From the NCBI GenBank assembly GCA_016176525.1, contig JACOWZ010000003.1, forward strand, positions 537,925-601,924: DNA of 64,000 nt, given 5' to 3'. This document shows, piece by piece, positions 9,518 through 17,103 of this stretch. This DNA comes from Candidatus Colwellbacteria bacterium. Lineage in GTDB: Bacteria; Patescibacteriota; Minisyncoccia; UBA6257; Colwellbacteraceae. Each line of letters opens with the position of its first letter. Within the stretch, counting starts at the first letter, position 1. The notes below the pieces were generated by a model. It saw only the letters and a program-made list of their open reading frames with translations, did no database searches and was not told the origin of the DNA. The position numbers and the translations under genes are program-made.

Positions 9518-10138
9518 TTATATTTCAGAACTCTTTTGCGGTTGAGAATTTGGTTGTTGCAATTTTGACTGCACTGGATTATTTATTAATAAAATATCTA
9601 AATCTTTTGTATCTTTTAAATAAGCTCCATCAATAATATCTGTGACCAATCCGAATTTCTCAGCTTCCTCAGAAGATAGTACAGCTCCACCATGCACTTC
9701 TTTATTTACGATACTTTTCTTCTTTCCCGTTACTTTTGAAATTACCTCGGAATAATCATCAGTAATCCTTTGAATCAATTTTGCCATTTCGCTTAGTTTA
9801 GTCGGGTTAAATTGTCCATTAAGTGTTGCAATTGCTTCATGAAGTACAAAACGACAACTTGGTGCCGCAATTCTTCTTTGACCGGCGCAGAACATCATTA
9901 CAGCGGCGCTATCAACGTTCCCCATTCCAATTGTCGTTTTTGAGATATTGATTTGCCTAAGAAAATTGTATGCTAAAAGACCGTGATCAGATGATCCACC
10001 CGAACTTGATATCTGGAGAATTATCTCATTTATAGGTTTTTCTGGATTTTGTTGAGCAAGCTTAATAGTAATAAATTTTATTAGATCATTTACTGAACCC
10101 TCGGAAACATTTGCATAAAAATTAATTAATAATTTCAT
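9518..10138 (-). CDS. ClpP-like protease subunit
   Basis: ISSSGGS, GNVDSAA (catalytic Ser), RFVLHE (His), LSSEEAEKFGLV. Confidence 0.8.
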   Translation of the reverse strand: MKLLINFYANVSEGSVNDLIKFITIKLAQQNPEKPINEIILQISSSGGSSDHGLLAYNFLRQINISKTTIGMGNVDSAAVMMFCAGQRRIAAPSCRFVLHEAIATLNGQFNPTKLSEMAKLIQRITDDYSEVISKVTGKKKSIVNKEVHGGAVLSSEEAEKFGLVTDIIDGAYLKDTKDLDILLINNPVQSKLQQPNSQPQKSSEI

Positions 10139-10487
10139 AATTTTCTTCTAAAAGTTTTTTTATTATTTCTAATTGTTCCTTGTTTTGTTCTGATAACTCT
10201 TGAACTTGCCTAAGAAATTCCTCATTTATTTTTTGTGTTGTTTCAACAGATTCTATTTTCCCAGAATATTCGCTGTATGCGGCATTGTTATATCTCATTT
10301 GATCAAGGAACAAGCCAATCACCGAAATAATAACTGCAACCAGAGAAACAAGAACCGATGCCACCACCGCAATAAGAATGTTGTCAATTTTATCAAATCG
10401 ACTCTTTACTTCCGGAGGCATCCCAGTTACAGGAGCATCTCTTTCTGGAATTGTAATTAAGGGTTTTTCCATATCAATATATTCCAA
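10122..10487 (-). CDS. Hypothetical single-TM coiled-coil protein
   Basis: Long hydrophobic stretch ILIAVVASVLVSLVAVIISVIGLF; overlaps both neighbours. Confidence 0.7.
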   Translation of the reverse strand: MEYIDMEKPLITIPERDAPVTGMPPEVKSRFDKIDNILIAVVASVLVSLVAVIISVIGLFLDQMRYNNAAYSEYSGKIESVETTQKINEEFLRQVQELSEQNKEQLEIIKKLLEENYEIIN

Positions 10488-10686
10488 TTATTACGTGGAC
10501 ATTATTTTCCTCTCGTATCTCTAAATCTCTACCAATATATTTGGATAAATCTATACCGCCGAAAGAAACATTTTTGAATCTAGCTCCAGGTCCGAACTGA
10601 ACACCACCGATTCTTATAATCTTTTCCTTCGATTCGATACTACCATCAGCATTTACATTGAAAACCTCGTGAAAATTGATGCGCAT
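10474..10686 (-). CDS. Small hypothetical beta-rich protein (70 aa)
   Basis: Starts 4 nt after the mod stop and overlaps the next gene. Confidence 0.6.
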   Translation of the reverse strand: MRINFHEVFNVNADGSIESKEKIIRIGGVQFGPGARFKNVSFGGIDLSKYIGRDLEIREENNVHVIIGIY

Positions 10687-10690
10687 ATTT

Positions 10691-12853
10691 TTATATTTTG
10701 ACCTCTATCACCCTAGTGGTGTCATTCCCGAAAATATCGACGACTTTTACGGCAATTTTGTGTTTGCCTTTTGTAGCAACTTTTGGAGAAGTAACGAGGT
10801 CAAGATTTCTGTTCTTTTTGGTACGGAAACTCTGCCACTCGTTGTCAAAAATATAATCGCCCGTCCATACTTCTTTTTCCTCGCCACCTTCCACAACCTT
10901 GATGATTTCTTTTCTGCTTGCAAAATCAAAATCAACTGCCCAATAGTCAATCCAGTCGCTCCATTTTTTAGTCAAAATTTCTTTTGAAATTTCTTCAGTT
11001 TTCTTATCTTTTGAGATTTTTACCACCTGACCATCTTCTACCACAACTTTAGATCTACCGGGGCGCAATGCCTCGGCAATTTCGCCTGAATTGTCCTGAT
11101 TGTAGAAAACAGAAAAATTTATCAGTTCAATAGAAATTTCTTTGTCATTCCCTCGTCCTTTCACAATCGGTTTCACTTCAATAAACGCGACATCATAGAA
11201 CTTCACTTGACCCTTTTCTACCACCTTTCTGTCAAAAACTTCTCGCGGAATTATCCTAAAGGCGATATCAATGCCTTGATCTTTGTACTCTGTAAAATCA
11301 AGTCCCATTTCATAATCAAACCCAAGAACATCAACTTTAGTGATTCCTTTTTCTTTACACTCTTTTACGATGTCCTGCACGAATTTAGAAGAAACGGGAG
11401 TATTGATGGGTCCCACCGCCACAAGGCGATCTCTTTTCTTGCCGATAACATTCACGAAAGACTCTACTGGCTCGGCTTTGTATGCAGAGAGAATAAGTTT
11501 TACAAATTCCTTTTCTTTCCTTTCGGCTTGTCTGGCTTTTTCTTCCGCTCGCAAATCATCATTTGTCGCGAGGAAATTTTCTCTTTCATATCTTCCAACA
11601 TTCAAAATCTCAAAAGCTCTAAAGTCCCCCCCCTCTTTTTTTAGTTCTCTTTGCACGTCAATCATTCTTTTTCGTGAAGTATGTATGCCGAATTTACCCA
11701 AATCTGACCCAATCCATCTTCTCTGTAGTTTCTCTGCTACCTCTAATGTAGTCCCGGAGCCACAGAAAAAATCTGCTACTAAGTCATTTGGTTCGGTTGA
11801 AGTCTCAATTATTCTCCTTAACAATCCGAATGGTTTTTGTGTTGGGTAACCAAGATACTCGGATGAACCACTAATGAGCGGTTTCGTATCGTCTGCGTCC
11901 CATACATCTCTTACATAGACTTCGGCGTAGTGCTGATTAAATAGTTTATCTTTCAATCTATCCGGAAGTGCTTTTCTACTTGCAATACACTCTTCTATTA
12001 TTTTAATGTCTTTTTCTGTAAGATCGTTAATTTTTGCTTCATTTAATTTTGTGTCAATGAATGGTTTCTCGTATTTAATTTTTTCTTTCGTAGCTTTGAA
12101 AATATAGCCGTCTTTATTTTTTGCATAGTAGAAGATCGTATCGTGTTTTCGTGCATAGAATTTTTTACCAACTCCTTGAATACGATAACCCCACGTGATT
12201 TCATTTAATAGATTATCTTTACCAAAAATTTCATCTAGTACCAATCTCATATACGCATTAACTCTATAATCACAATGCACATAGATACTTCCATTGTCAG
12301 CAAGGAGTCCGTGCATTAGTCTTAGTCGTTCATAAATCATCGTGACAAAACTATCAGCACCCTTACCCCAAGTGTCGCGGTAGGCGATTTCTTCTATAAC
12401 TGACGGCTTTTTTGTAAAACTTTCTTCGTCCTCGCCATCTCCGATTTTAATGTCCATTGAAAAATCCGCGCCGACATCGAAGGGCGGGTCAATATAAATC
12501 AATTTCAAACCGCCCTGCGCCTCTATTTCTTTGCGAAGCGGACCGTTCTTAAGAGAGGAAAGAATCAGCTTATTGTCTCCCCAAATCAATTTATTCGTCC
12601 AGCCGGTAATTTGCCTTCCCGTTGTATCCCAAAGAGTGCCGGAATCTCCAAATTCTCCTTGTCGTGGTTCATCTATTTGTTCAATAACTTGAAAAGGCAA
12701 GACAACATTCGTTACCTCATTTGTCTTTCCGTTCCAAAGAAGCTCAACCTCTCTGTCATCGTCAAACAACAAAAACCGATATTTCTCCGGAAGCGGTTTA
12801 CCCACTTCCAAGTATTTCACAATATCTCGTTTTTCGTTATCTGTTAATTTCAT
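10691..12853 (-). CDS. mod: Type III R-M DNA methyltransferase Mod (N6-adenine)
   Basis: IYIDPPF, YPTQKP and DFFCGSGTT motifs; start MKLTD chosen because a TATAAT box lies just upstream. Confidence 0.92.
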   Translation of the reverse strand: MKLTDNEKRDIVKYLEVGKPLPEKYRFLLFDDDREVELLWNGKTNEVTNVVLPFQVIEQIDEPRQGEFGDSGTLWDTTGRQITGWTNKLIWGDNKLILSSLKNGPLRKEIEAQGGLKLIYIDPPFDVGADFSMDIKIGDGEDEESFTKKPSVIEEIAYRDTWGKGADSFVTMIYERLRLMHGLLADNGSIYVHCDYRVNAYMRLVLDEIFGKDNLLNEITWGYRIQGVGKKFYARKHDTIFYYAKNKDGYIFKATKEKIKYEKPFIDTKLNEAKINDLTEKDIKIIEECIASRKALPDRLKDKLFNQHYAEVYVRDVWDADDTKPLISGSSEYLGYPTQKPFGLLRRIIETSTEPNDLVADFFCGSGTTLEVAEKLQRRWIGSDLGKFGIHTSRKRMIDVQRELKKEGGDFRAFEILNVGRYERENFLATNDDLRAEEKARQAERKEKEFVKLILSAYKAEPVESFVNVIGKKRDRLVAVGPINTPVSSKFVQDIVKECKEKGITKVDVLGFDYEMGLDFTEYKDQGIDIAFRIIPREVFDRKVVEKGQVKFYDVAFIEVKPIVKGRGNDKEISIELINFSVFYNQDNSGEIAEALRPGRSKVVVEDGQVVKISKDKKTEEISKEILTKKWSDWIDYWAVDFDFASRKEIIKVVEGGEEKEVWTGDYIFDNEWQSFRTKKNRNLDLVTSPKVATKGKHKIAVKVVDIFGNDTTRVIEVKI

Positions 12854-13006
12854 CTGTTTTTTATAAGAATCAGACTTATTATACACTCTTTTCTGTGATA
12901 AAATATACTTAAGAAGTATGCGAATATTCCCTAATAAATCATTTATACTAATACTCTCTGTTGCGATATTACTTGTGCAAATTTCGATTCTGGGGTTGAC
13001 AATGAA

Positions 13007-13052
13007 AGATGGAGTGGCTAAAATCTCTGTAGAGATTTTAGCCACTCCATCT
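13007..13052. repeat. Perfect 22-bp inverted repeat with 2-nt spacer
   Basis: AGATGGAGTGGCTAAAATCTCT-gt-AGAGATTTTAGCCACTCCATCT. Confidence 0.9.
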
Positions 13053-13066
13053 AACTAACGCGTATC

Positions 13067-13240
13067 TTATTTCTCCCAATCTTTGATTATTAGCGATTTG
13101 CCGCGTTTGGTGACCACCACTTTCTGCCGCTCTTGCCATTTTAGATTCTTAACATGCTCAATTGGGAGGGTAACGTAATATGTGTGCTGGTTTTTCTGGA
13201 TATTTCGCACATTTTTATTTTTTAGTTGCCTTCTTACCAT
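13067..13240 (-). CDS. AbrB/MazE/SpoVT-family small DNA-binding protein (57 aa, not in ORF track)
   Basis: Manual translation MVRRQLKNKNVRNIQKNQHTYYVTLPIEHVKNLKWQERQKVVVTKRGKSLIIKDWEK; VTLP...L.W swapped-hairpin pattern. Confidence 0.75.
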   Translation of the reverse strand: MVRRQLKNKNVRNIQKNQHTYYVTLPIEHVKNLKWQERQKVVVTKRGKSLIIKDWEK

Positions 13241-13257
13241 ATGCAAATTCTAACACA

Positions 13258-13297
13258 AGAAAACACGTTTTAAAACTAGTTTTAAAACGTGTTTTCT
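13258..13297. promoter_or_regulatory. Perfect 40-bp palindrome upstream of the AbrB-like gene (operator or trhO terminator)
   Basis: AGAAAACACGTTTTAAAACTAGTTTTAAAACGTGTTTTCT. Confidence 0.6.
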
Positions 13298-13299
13298 GC

Positions 13300-14184
13300 T
13301 TAACTCGCCAATCTACTTACAAATCTGCATTTGAGATTGCAAAAACCGCCGGATTTTTTATAACACTCCTCGCATATAATATAGTGTCTGTGGCACACGT
13401 CATATGCACAATTTACATAATTTTCTGACTTTACTCCGCATCTCTCACAACTTGAAACAACCTCGTGTCTAGAATCTTCTGTGTTAAAACCTATTAAAAT
13501 CCTCTTATCAAAAACATACAGCTTGCCCTTAAAGTCTTCGTTTGGATATTTCTCCATATATGAGTGTATTCCGCCTTCAAGCTGATAAACATTTTCAAAT
13601 CCGTTTTGCATTAAATACCCCGAGGCCTTTTCGCACCTAACTCCACCCGTGCAAACTGTTAAAATCTCTTTGTCTTTTAGGTGTTTTATTTTGGGCAGAA
13701 ATTTTGGAATATCTCTAAAATTCGGTACATTGGACAAGATTGATCCTTCAAAATATCCACTTTTTTGTTCGTAGTCGTTCCGCATATCAACAATATAAAA
13801 TTCTTTTCCGCTCTCTATCCATTTTTTCAATTCTTCGGGCTTTAGATACTTTCCTGTTATGCGGTTTTCTGCATTTTCTTCGGTTCCCAGTCCGCTTGTT
13901 ACAATCTCTTCTCTTGCTTTGATGCTCAACTTAAGGAAAGAAGCGCCAGTTCCATCGCTATATTTAAAGTGAATTCCAGAAAACAACTCGTCGGAATTCA
14001 TTGCTTCAACATATTTTGCGATATTGTCTTTAGTGCCTTCAAGCGTGCCATTAATCCCCTCTTTGGAAATCAAAATTCTGCCCTTTAAGCCGAGACGCAG
14101 GCAAAGTTCGCGCTGATCTTGAACCGCTTTTATTGGATCAGCAACAAGCACATATTTATAATAGAGTATTACCTTAAAACTCAT
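13300..14184 (-). CDS. trhO: Rhodanese-domain tRNA uridine(34) hydroxylase (YceA/TrhO family)
   Basis: LYYKY, KGRILISKEGINGT, DMRNDYE, CTGGVRCEKAS, QLEGGI, GKLYVFD. Confidence 0.9.
   Translation of the reverse strand: MSFKVILYYKYVLVADPIKAVQDQRELCLRLGLKGRILISKEGINGTLEGTKDNIAKYVEAMNSDELFSGIHFKYSDGTGASFLKLSIKAREEIVTSGLGTEENAENRITGKYLKPEELKKWIESGKEFYIVDMRNDYEQKSGYFEGSILSNVPNFRDIPKFLPKIKHLKDKEILTVCTGGVRCEKASGYLMQNGFENVYQLEGGIHSYMEKYPNEDFKGKLYVFDKRILIGFNTEDSRHEVVSSCERCGVKSENYVNCAYDVCHRHYIICEECYKKSGGFCNLKCRFVSRLAS
14045..14113. repeat. 69-bp direct repeat, copy 1 (inside trhO)
   Basis: Matches 16342-16410 at 65 of 69 positions. Confidence 0.9.
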
Positions 14185-14204
14185 TACACGAATTCTAACA
14201 ATTA

Positions 14205-14233
14205 TTGACACCTAGGTCTAGGTATGTTACCTT
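14205..14233 (+). promoter_or_regulatory. Sigma70 promoter for the 14287 gene
   Basis: TTGACA-17 nt-TACCTT with TGn extension. Confidence 0.55.
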
Positions 14234-14286
14234 GCATTAACCCAGTAAGAACTGGGATGTACCCTAAAAACAAGGAGTGGAAACAA

Positions 14287-14637
14287 ATGCAAGTGAGTAT
14301 TTTGGTAGAAAAGGCTCTAGCCTACGAGAACCAAAACATGGTTAGCCGCTATACCGAACGGTATGGCGTAAGTATGGAAACTGCTAAGGTTCTCTTTGAG
14401 GAATGCAAGAAATTCCTCGTGGCATGCGCAAAGACGAAGGATCCCATCTCGCCACCCAACAAGGATGTTGACGAGATGTGGCACTTCTTCATACTACACA
14501 CGAAGGACTACGCAGCCTTTTGCGAGACCTACTTCGGCAAGTTCATCCACCACGTCCCGACGGACAAGGTGGAGGGCGTAAACTGCAACGACTGCTCGCA
14601 GAGCCCGCCGGATTGCACCTCGCCGGCACAGCCCTAG
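14287..14637 (+). CDS. GRDP/DUF1399-like protein with Cys-containing C-terminal tail
   Basis: EECKKFL...SPP..VDEMWHFFILHTKDYAAFC...GKFIHHVP; AAGGAG SD; tail CNDCSQSPPDCTSPAQP. Confidence 0.75.
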   Translation: MQVSILVEKALAYENQNMVSRYTERYGVSMETAKVLFEECKKFLVACAKTKDPISPPNKDVDEMWHFFILHTKDYAAFCETYFGKFIHHVPTDKVEGVNCNDCSQSPPDCTSPAQP

Positions 14638-14658
14638 ATCAACTCCAAGACAACAACC

Positions 14659-14690
14659 GAGTCCAGTTATAAAAACTGGACTCTTTTATT
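14659..14690 (+). terminator. Intrinsic terminator
   Basis: GAGTCCAGTT-ataaa-AACTGGACTC plus T-rich tail. Confidence 0.75.
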
Positions 14691-14712
14691 TTCGTATTTT
14701 TCTCCTATTCTC

Positions 14713-14742
14713 TCCGGCTTATCACAACTGTGATAAGCCGGA
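14713..14742. repeat. REP-like palindrome, copy 1
   Basis: TCCGGCTTATCACA-ac-TGTGATAAGCCGGA. Confidence 0.85.
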
Positions 14743-14795
14743 CAGGTTGTAAACCGGGAGTGGTATAATGTTTTGAGAATAACCGTAAGAAAACC

Positions 14796-15134
14796 GTGAT
14801 TAATCTTTGTAAACGGCATGGCCGAACCAAACACTATAAGCGCGCCGACGGTCCCCCTCGTTGCGGCAAATGCGCATATGCATATGTAGCGACAAATAGA
14901 GTCAGAAAAATAGATCGCCTCGCAGAGAAATTTAATACATGCAAAAGGTGCGGATACAAAGGGAGTATTGGAACCCTTAATTTTTATTATCCAAAAAGAC
15001 CCTACAAAAAGGCAAATTTGTTAGACCCAAGAAATTTGAGCCGTGCTTGGAACAAGATAGAGAATGAAGCCAAGAATTGTATTTTGTTATGCAGAAACTG
15101 TTATATAAAGTCTAGTGGCAAAGCCATCTATTAA
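14796..15134 (+). CDS. HNH-like zinc-binding protein, apparently degenerate active site
   Basis: CKRHG, CGKC, CKRCGY...LNFYY...NCILLCRNCY, in place of the usual CxxCGY...LxFHH...CxLLCxNCH. Confidence 0.65.
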   Translation: MINLCKRHGRTKHYKRADGPPRCGKCAYAYVATNRVRKIDRLAEKFNTCKRCGYKGSIGTLNFYYPKRPYKKANLLDPRNLSRAWNKIENEAKNCILLCRNCYIKSSGKAIY

Positions 15135-15168
15135 CTTCGACTTATCACAGCTGTGATAAGCCGAGGTT
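15133..15168. repeat. REP-like palindrome, copy 2
   Basis: AACTTCGACTTATCACAG|CTGTGATAAGCCGAGGTT; shares core CTTATCACA-NN-TGTGATAAGCCG with copy 1. Confidence 0.85.
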
Positions 15169-15201
15169 GGGTCGGAGTTAAGTTTTGTAGATTTGAAAAA
15201 T

Positions 15202-15234
15202 AAAAAAGCCGACGAGCAGAATGCTTCGTCGGCT
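15202..15234 (-). terminator. Intrinsic terminator of the SPFH gene
   Basis: Minus strand AGCCGACGAAGCA-ttc-TGCTCGTCGGCT plus U-run. Confidence 0.75.
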
Positions 15235-15252
15235 AGAGGTGCCCTAGATCTA

Positions 15253-16176
15253 CTAGGTTGTGTTCCCCGAGTTTGACCACGGCACCGGAATGGCGAAGGG
15301 GGTCTCGTCTCCCACAAGGGTTGTGGGGACTTGGGATCCGCCAGCGATCCATGCCTCCAGCCACTTCAAGAAGAGATAGGCTTGTCCTTTCTCTCCGCTA
15401 GTAGCGGCAGCAAGCCTCTCGATGGCATAGCCTTGACCGTCGGCCTCAACCCTGGTTTGGTTCGCGATAATCTCCTTCTGCTTTAAGACAGCCAGCTCCT
15501 TCTGAACATCTCGTTCAGCGATAGCCGCCTTTTCAACAGCAAGATTGTATTCGCCTGTGAAGTCAAAATCCGTGAGACTTACCTTGTCCACCACGAGATT
15601 TTGCCTTTCCACATCCGCCGTAATACGCCTGATGATATCTTGCTTCACCAGCTCGCGGTTTTCGCCGCGCAGATCTTCAACTGCGAAGAAGTTCACTGCG
15701 CTTTTCACGCTGTCTTGTACCGCCGGAACCACCACCTTTCCCTCGTAGTTTATCCCGAGGGTTTGGTGGATAGTTTGGATCTTGGTCTCGTTCGGATGGT
15801 AGAGAACTGTTACCTCCGTGAAGACAGCTTGTTGGTCTAGCGCGATGCCTTCAGCCGTTACGGTGTAGGCTACCGAGCGAACGTCGTATTTTGTCACCGT
15901 ATTGAAGATGGGGGTGACCCACTGGAACCGGCCAGGTTCCTTAATCTCTAGATCGCCGTTGGCGTGGAAGACCACTGCTCGTTCTGTAGCATCCACGTGA
16001 AGTAGGCCAGAGGTGACGAAAATGAGGACGAAGAGCCCCACTAGCGCCATTCCGCCCCAGAGTAAGATCCCGGGCAAGTTGGGTACTCGTCCGTAACTTC
16101 CCGGCTTCGTCAGCGCGAAACGGCTAGGTCGTGGTTCATGCTCATCGTTTTCGTTTTCACGCGTGTTGCGTTGCAT
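15253..16176 (-). CDS. SPFH / prohibitin (band 7) family membrane protein
   Basis: TM helix, ERAVVF, EPG..W..P, VLYH, LGINYEGKVVVPAVQDSVKS, LTDFDF..EYNLAVEK. Confidence 0.85.
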   Translation of the reverse strand: MQRNTRENENDEHEPRPSRFALTKPGSYGRVPNLPGILLWGGMALVGLFVLIFVTSGLLHVDATERAVVFHANGDLEIKEPGRFQWVTPIFNTVTKYDVRSVAYTVTAEGIALDQQAVFTEVTVLYHPNETKIQTIHQTLGINYEGKVVVPAVQDSVKSAVNFFAVEDLRGENRELVKQDIIRRITADVERQNLVVDKVSLTDFDFTGEYNLAVEKAAIAERDVQKELAVLKQKEIIANQTRVEADGQGYAIERLAAATSGEKGQAYLFLKWLEAWIAGGSQVPTTLVGDETPFAIPVPWSNSGNTT

Positions 16177-16200
16177 TCTTGGTTTCTCCTTCTGTGTTCT

Positions 16201-16260
16201 TCGCCTATATAAGGCGAGTATTCAAGAGATTTATAATAATCTCCTCAATACTCGCCTTAT
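16201..16260 (-). promoter_or_regulatory. Structured 5' leader of the SPFH gene
   Basis: 23-bp stem (16209-16231 with 16238-16260; one mismatch, one G-U on the minus strand) and an alternative TCGCCT/AGGCGA helix. Confidence 0.55.
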
Positions 16261-16300
16261 TATTTTTTATACTAAAAATAATTGTTAATGAACGAAGCTC

Positions 16301-16329
16301 AATATAAACTATATTGACTCAAATGTCAA
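16301..16329 (-). promoter_or_regulatory. Sigma70 promoter of the SPFH gene
   Basis: Minus strand TTGACA-17 nt-TATATT; overlapped by the inverted repeat TTGAC-N6-GTCAA. Confidence 0.6.
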
Positions 16330-16341
16330 TAGAATGTTATT

Positions 16342-16410
16342 GTGCCATTAATCTCCTCTTTGGAAATCAAAATTCTGCCCTTTAAGCCGAGGGGCAGGCA
16401 AAGCTCGCGC
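16342..16410. repeat. 69-bp direct repeat, copy 2 (intergenic trhO fragment)
   Basis: Matches 14045-14113 at 65 of 69 positions. Confidence 0.9.
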
Positions 16411-16431
16411 GGGTTTGATATAATTTATCTA

Positions 16432-17103
16432 ATGCGGCTTCTTGTTATTGAAGATGAGGAAGAGACTAGAGAGTTTCTTAAAGTTGCCTTAGAAGAGCAA
16501 TCTTTCGCGGTAGACACCGCATGTGACGGCGACAAAGGCGCTTATTTAGCGCGCTTAAACGACTACGATTTAATTATTCTTGACCACATTCTGCCCCTAA
16601 AAGACGGATTTGAAGTTTGCAACGATATAAGAAGCAGCGGGAAACACACGCCGATACTAATGCTTTCTGTAAAATCAGAGATAGACCACAAAATTAATCT
16701 TTTTGAACAGGGAATTGACGATTATGTAACAAAGCCGTTTTCTATGAGCGAGCTTCTTGCAAGGGTTAGAGCAATTTTAAGAAGGCCGAAAATTCTTCAA
16801 GAAGATGAAATAACAATTGACGACCTTGTGTTGAACGTTCAAAAACAATCCGTATCTCGCGGAGACAAGAAAATATATTTAACCAGAAAGGAATTCAGCT
16901 TGCTGGAGTATCTTATGCGCAATGCCGGGACCGTTGTTTCAAGGGGTATGATAATGGAACACGTGTGGGATTCAGAAAGCGATCCGTTTTCAAACACTAT
17001 AGAAACACATATTTTAAACTTAAGAAAGAAAATAGAGCTCCCTAAAAAGAGAAAGATAATCCACTCCGTACCGGGTAGGGGTTATAAAATAGACTTGTTA
17101 TAA
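16432..17103 (+). CDS. OmpR/PhoB-family response regulator
   Basis: LLVIEDE, LIILD, DDYVTKPF, LTRKEFSLLEYL and HSVPGRGY winged helix. Confidence 0.95.
   Translation: MRLLVIEDEEETREFLKVALEEQSFAVDTACDGDKGAYLARLNDYDLIILDHILPLKDGFEVCNDIRSSGKHTPILMLSVKSEIDHKINLFEQGIDDYVTKPFSMSELLARVRAILRRPKILQEDEITIDDLVLNVQKQSVSRGDKKIYLTRKEFSLLEYLMRNAGTVVSRGMIMEHVWDSESDPFSNTIETHILNLRKKIELPKKRKIIHSVPGRGYKIDLL

Noticed and set aside
12854..13045. 64-aa N-terminal extension of Mod in the ORF track
   Set aside because: It runs through a palindrome and a TATAAT promoter region; MKLTD at 12853 is the more plausible start.
15128..15172. Integron attC site after the HNH-like gene (TAAC...GTTGGGT)
   Set aside because: About 45 bp is too short, no extrahelical-base pattern is evident, and no integron integrase is present.
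16342..16431. N-terminal extension of the response regulator
   Set aside because: It is the antisense reading of the duplicated trhO fragment; the receiver domain begins at 16432.
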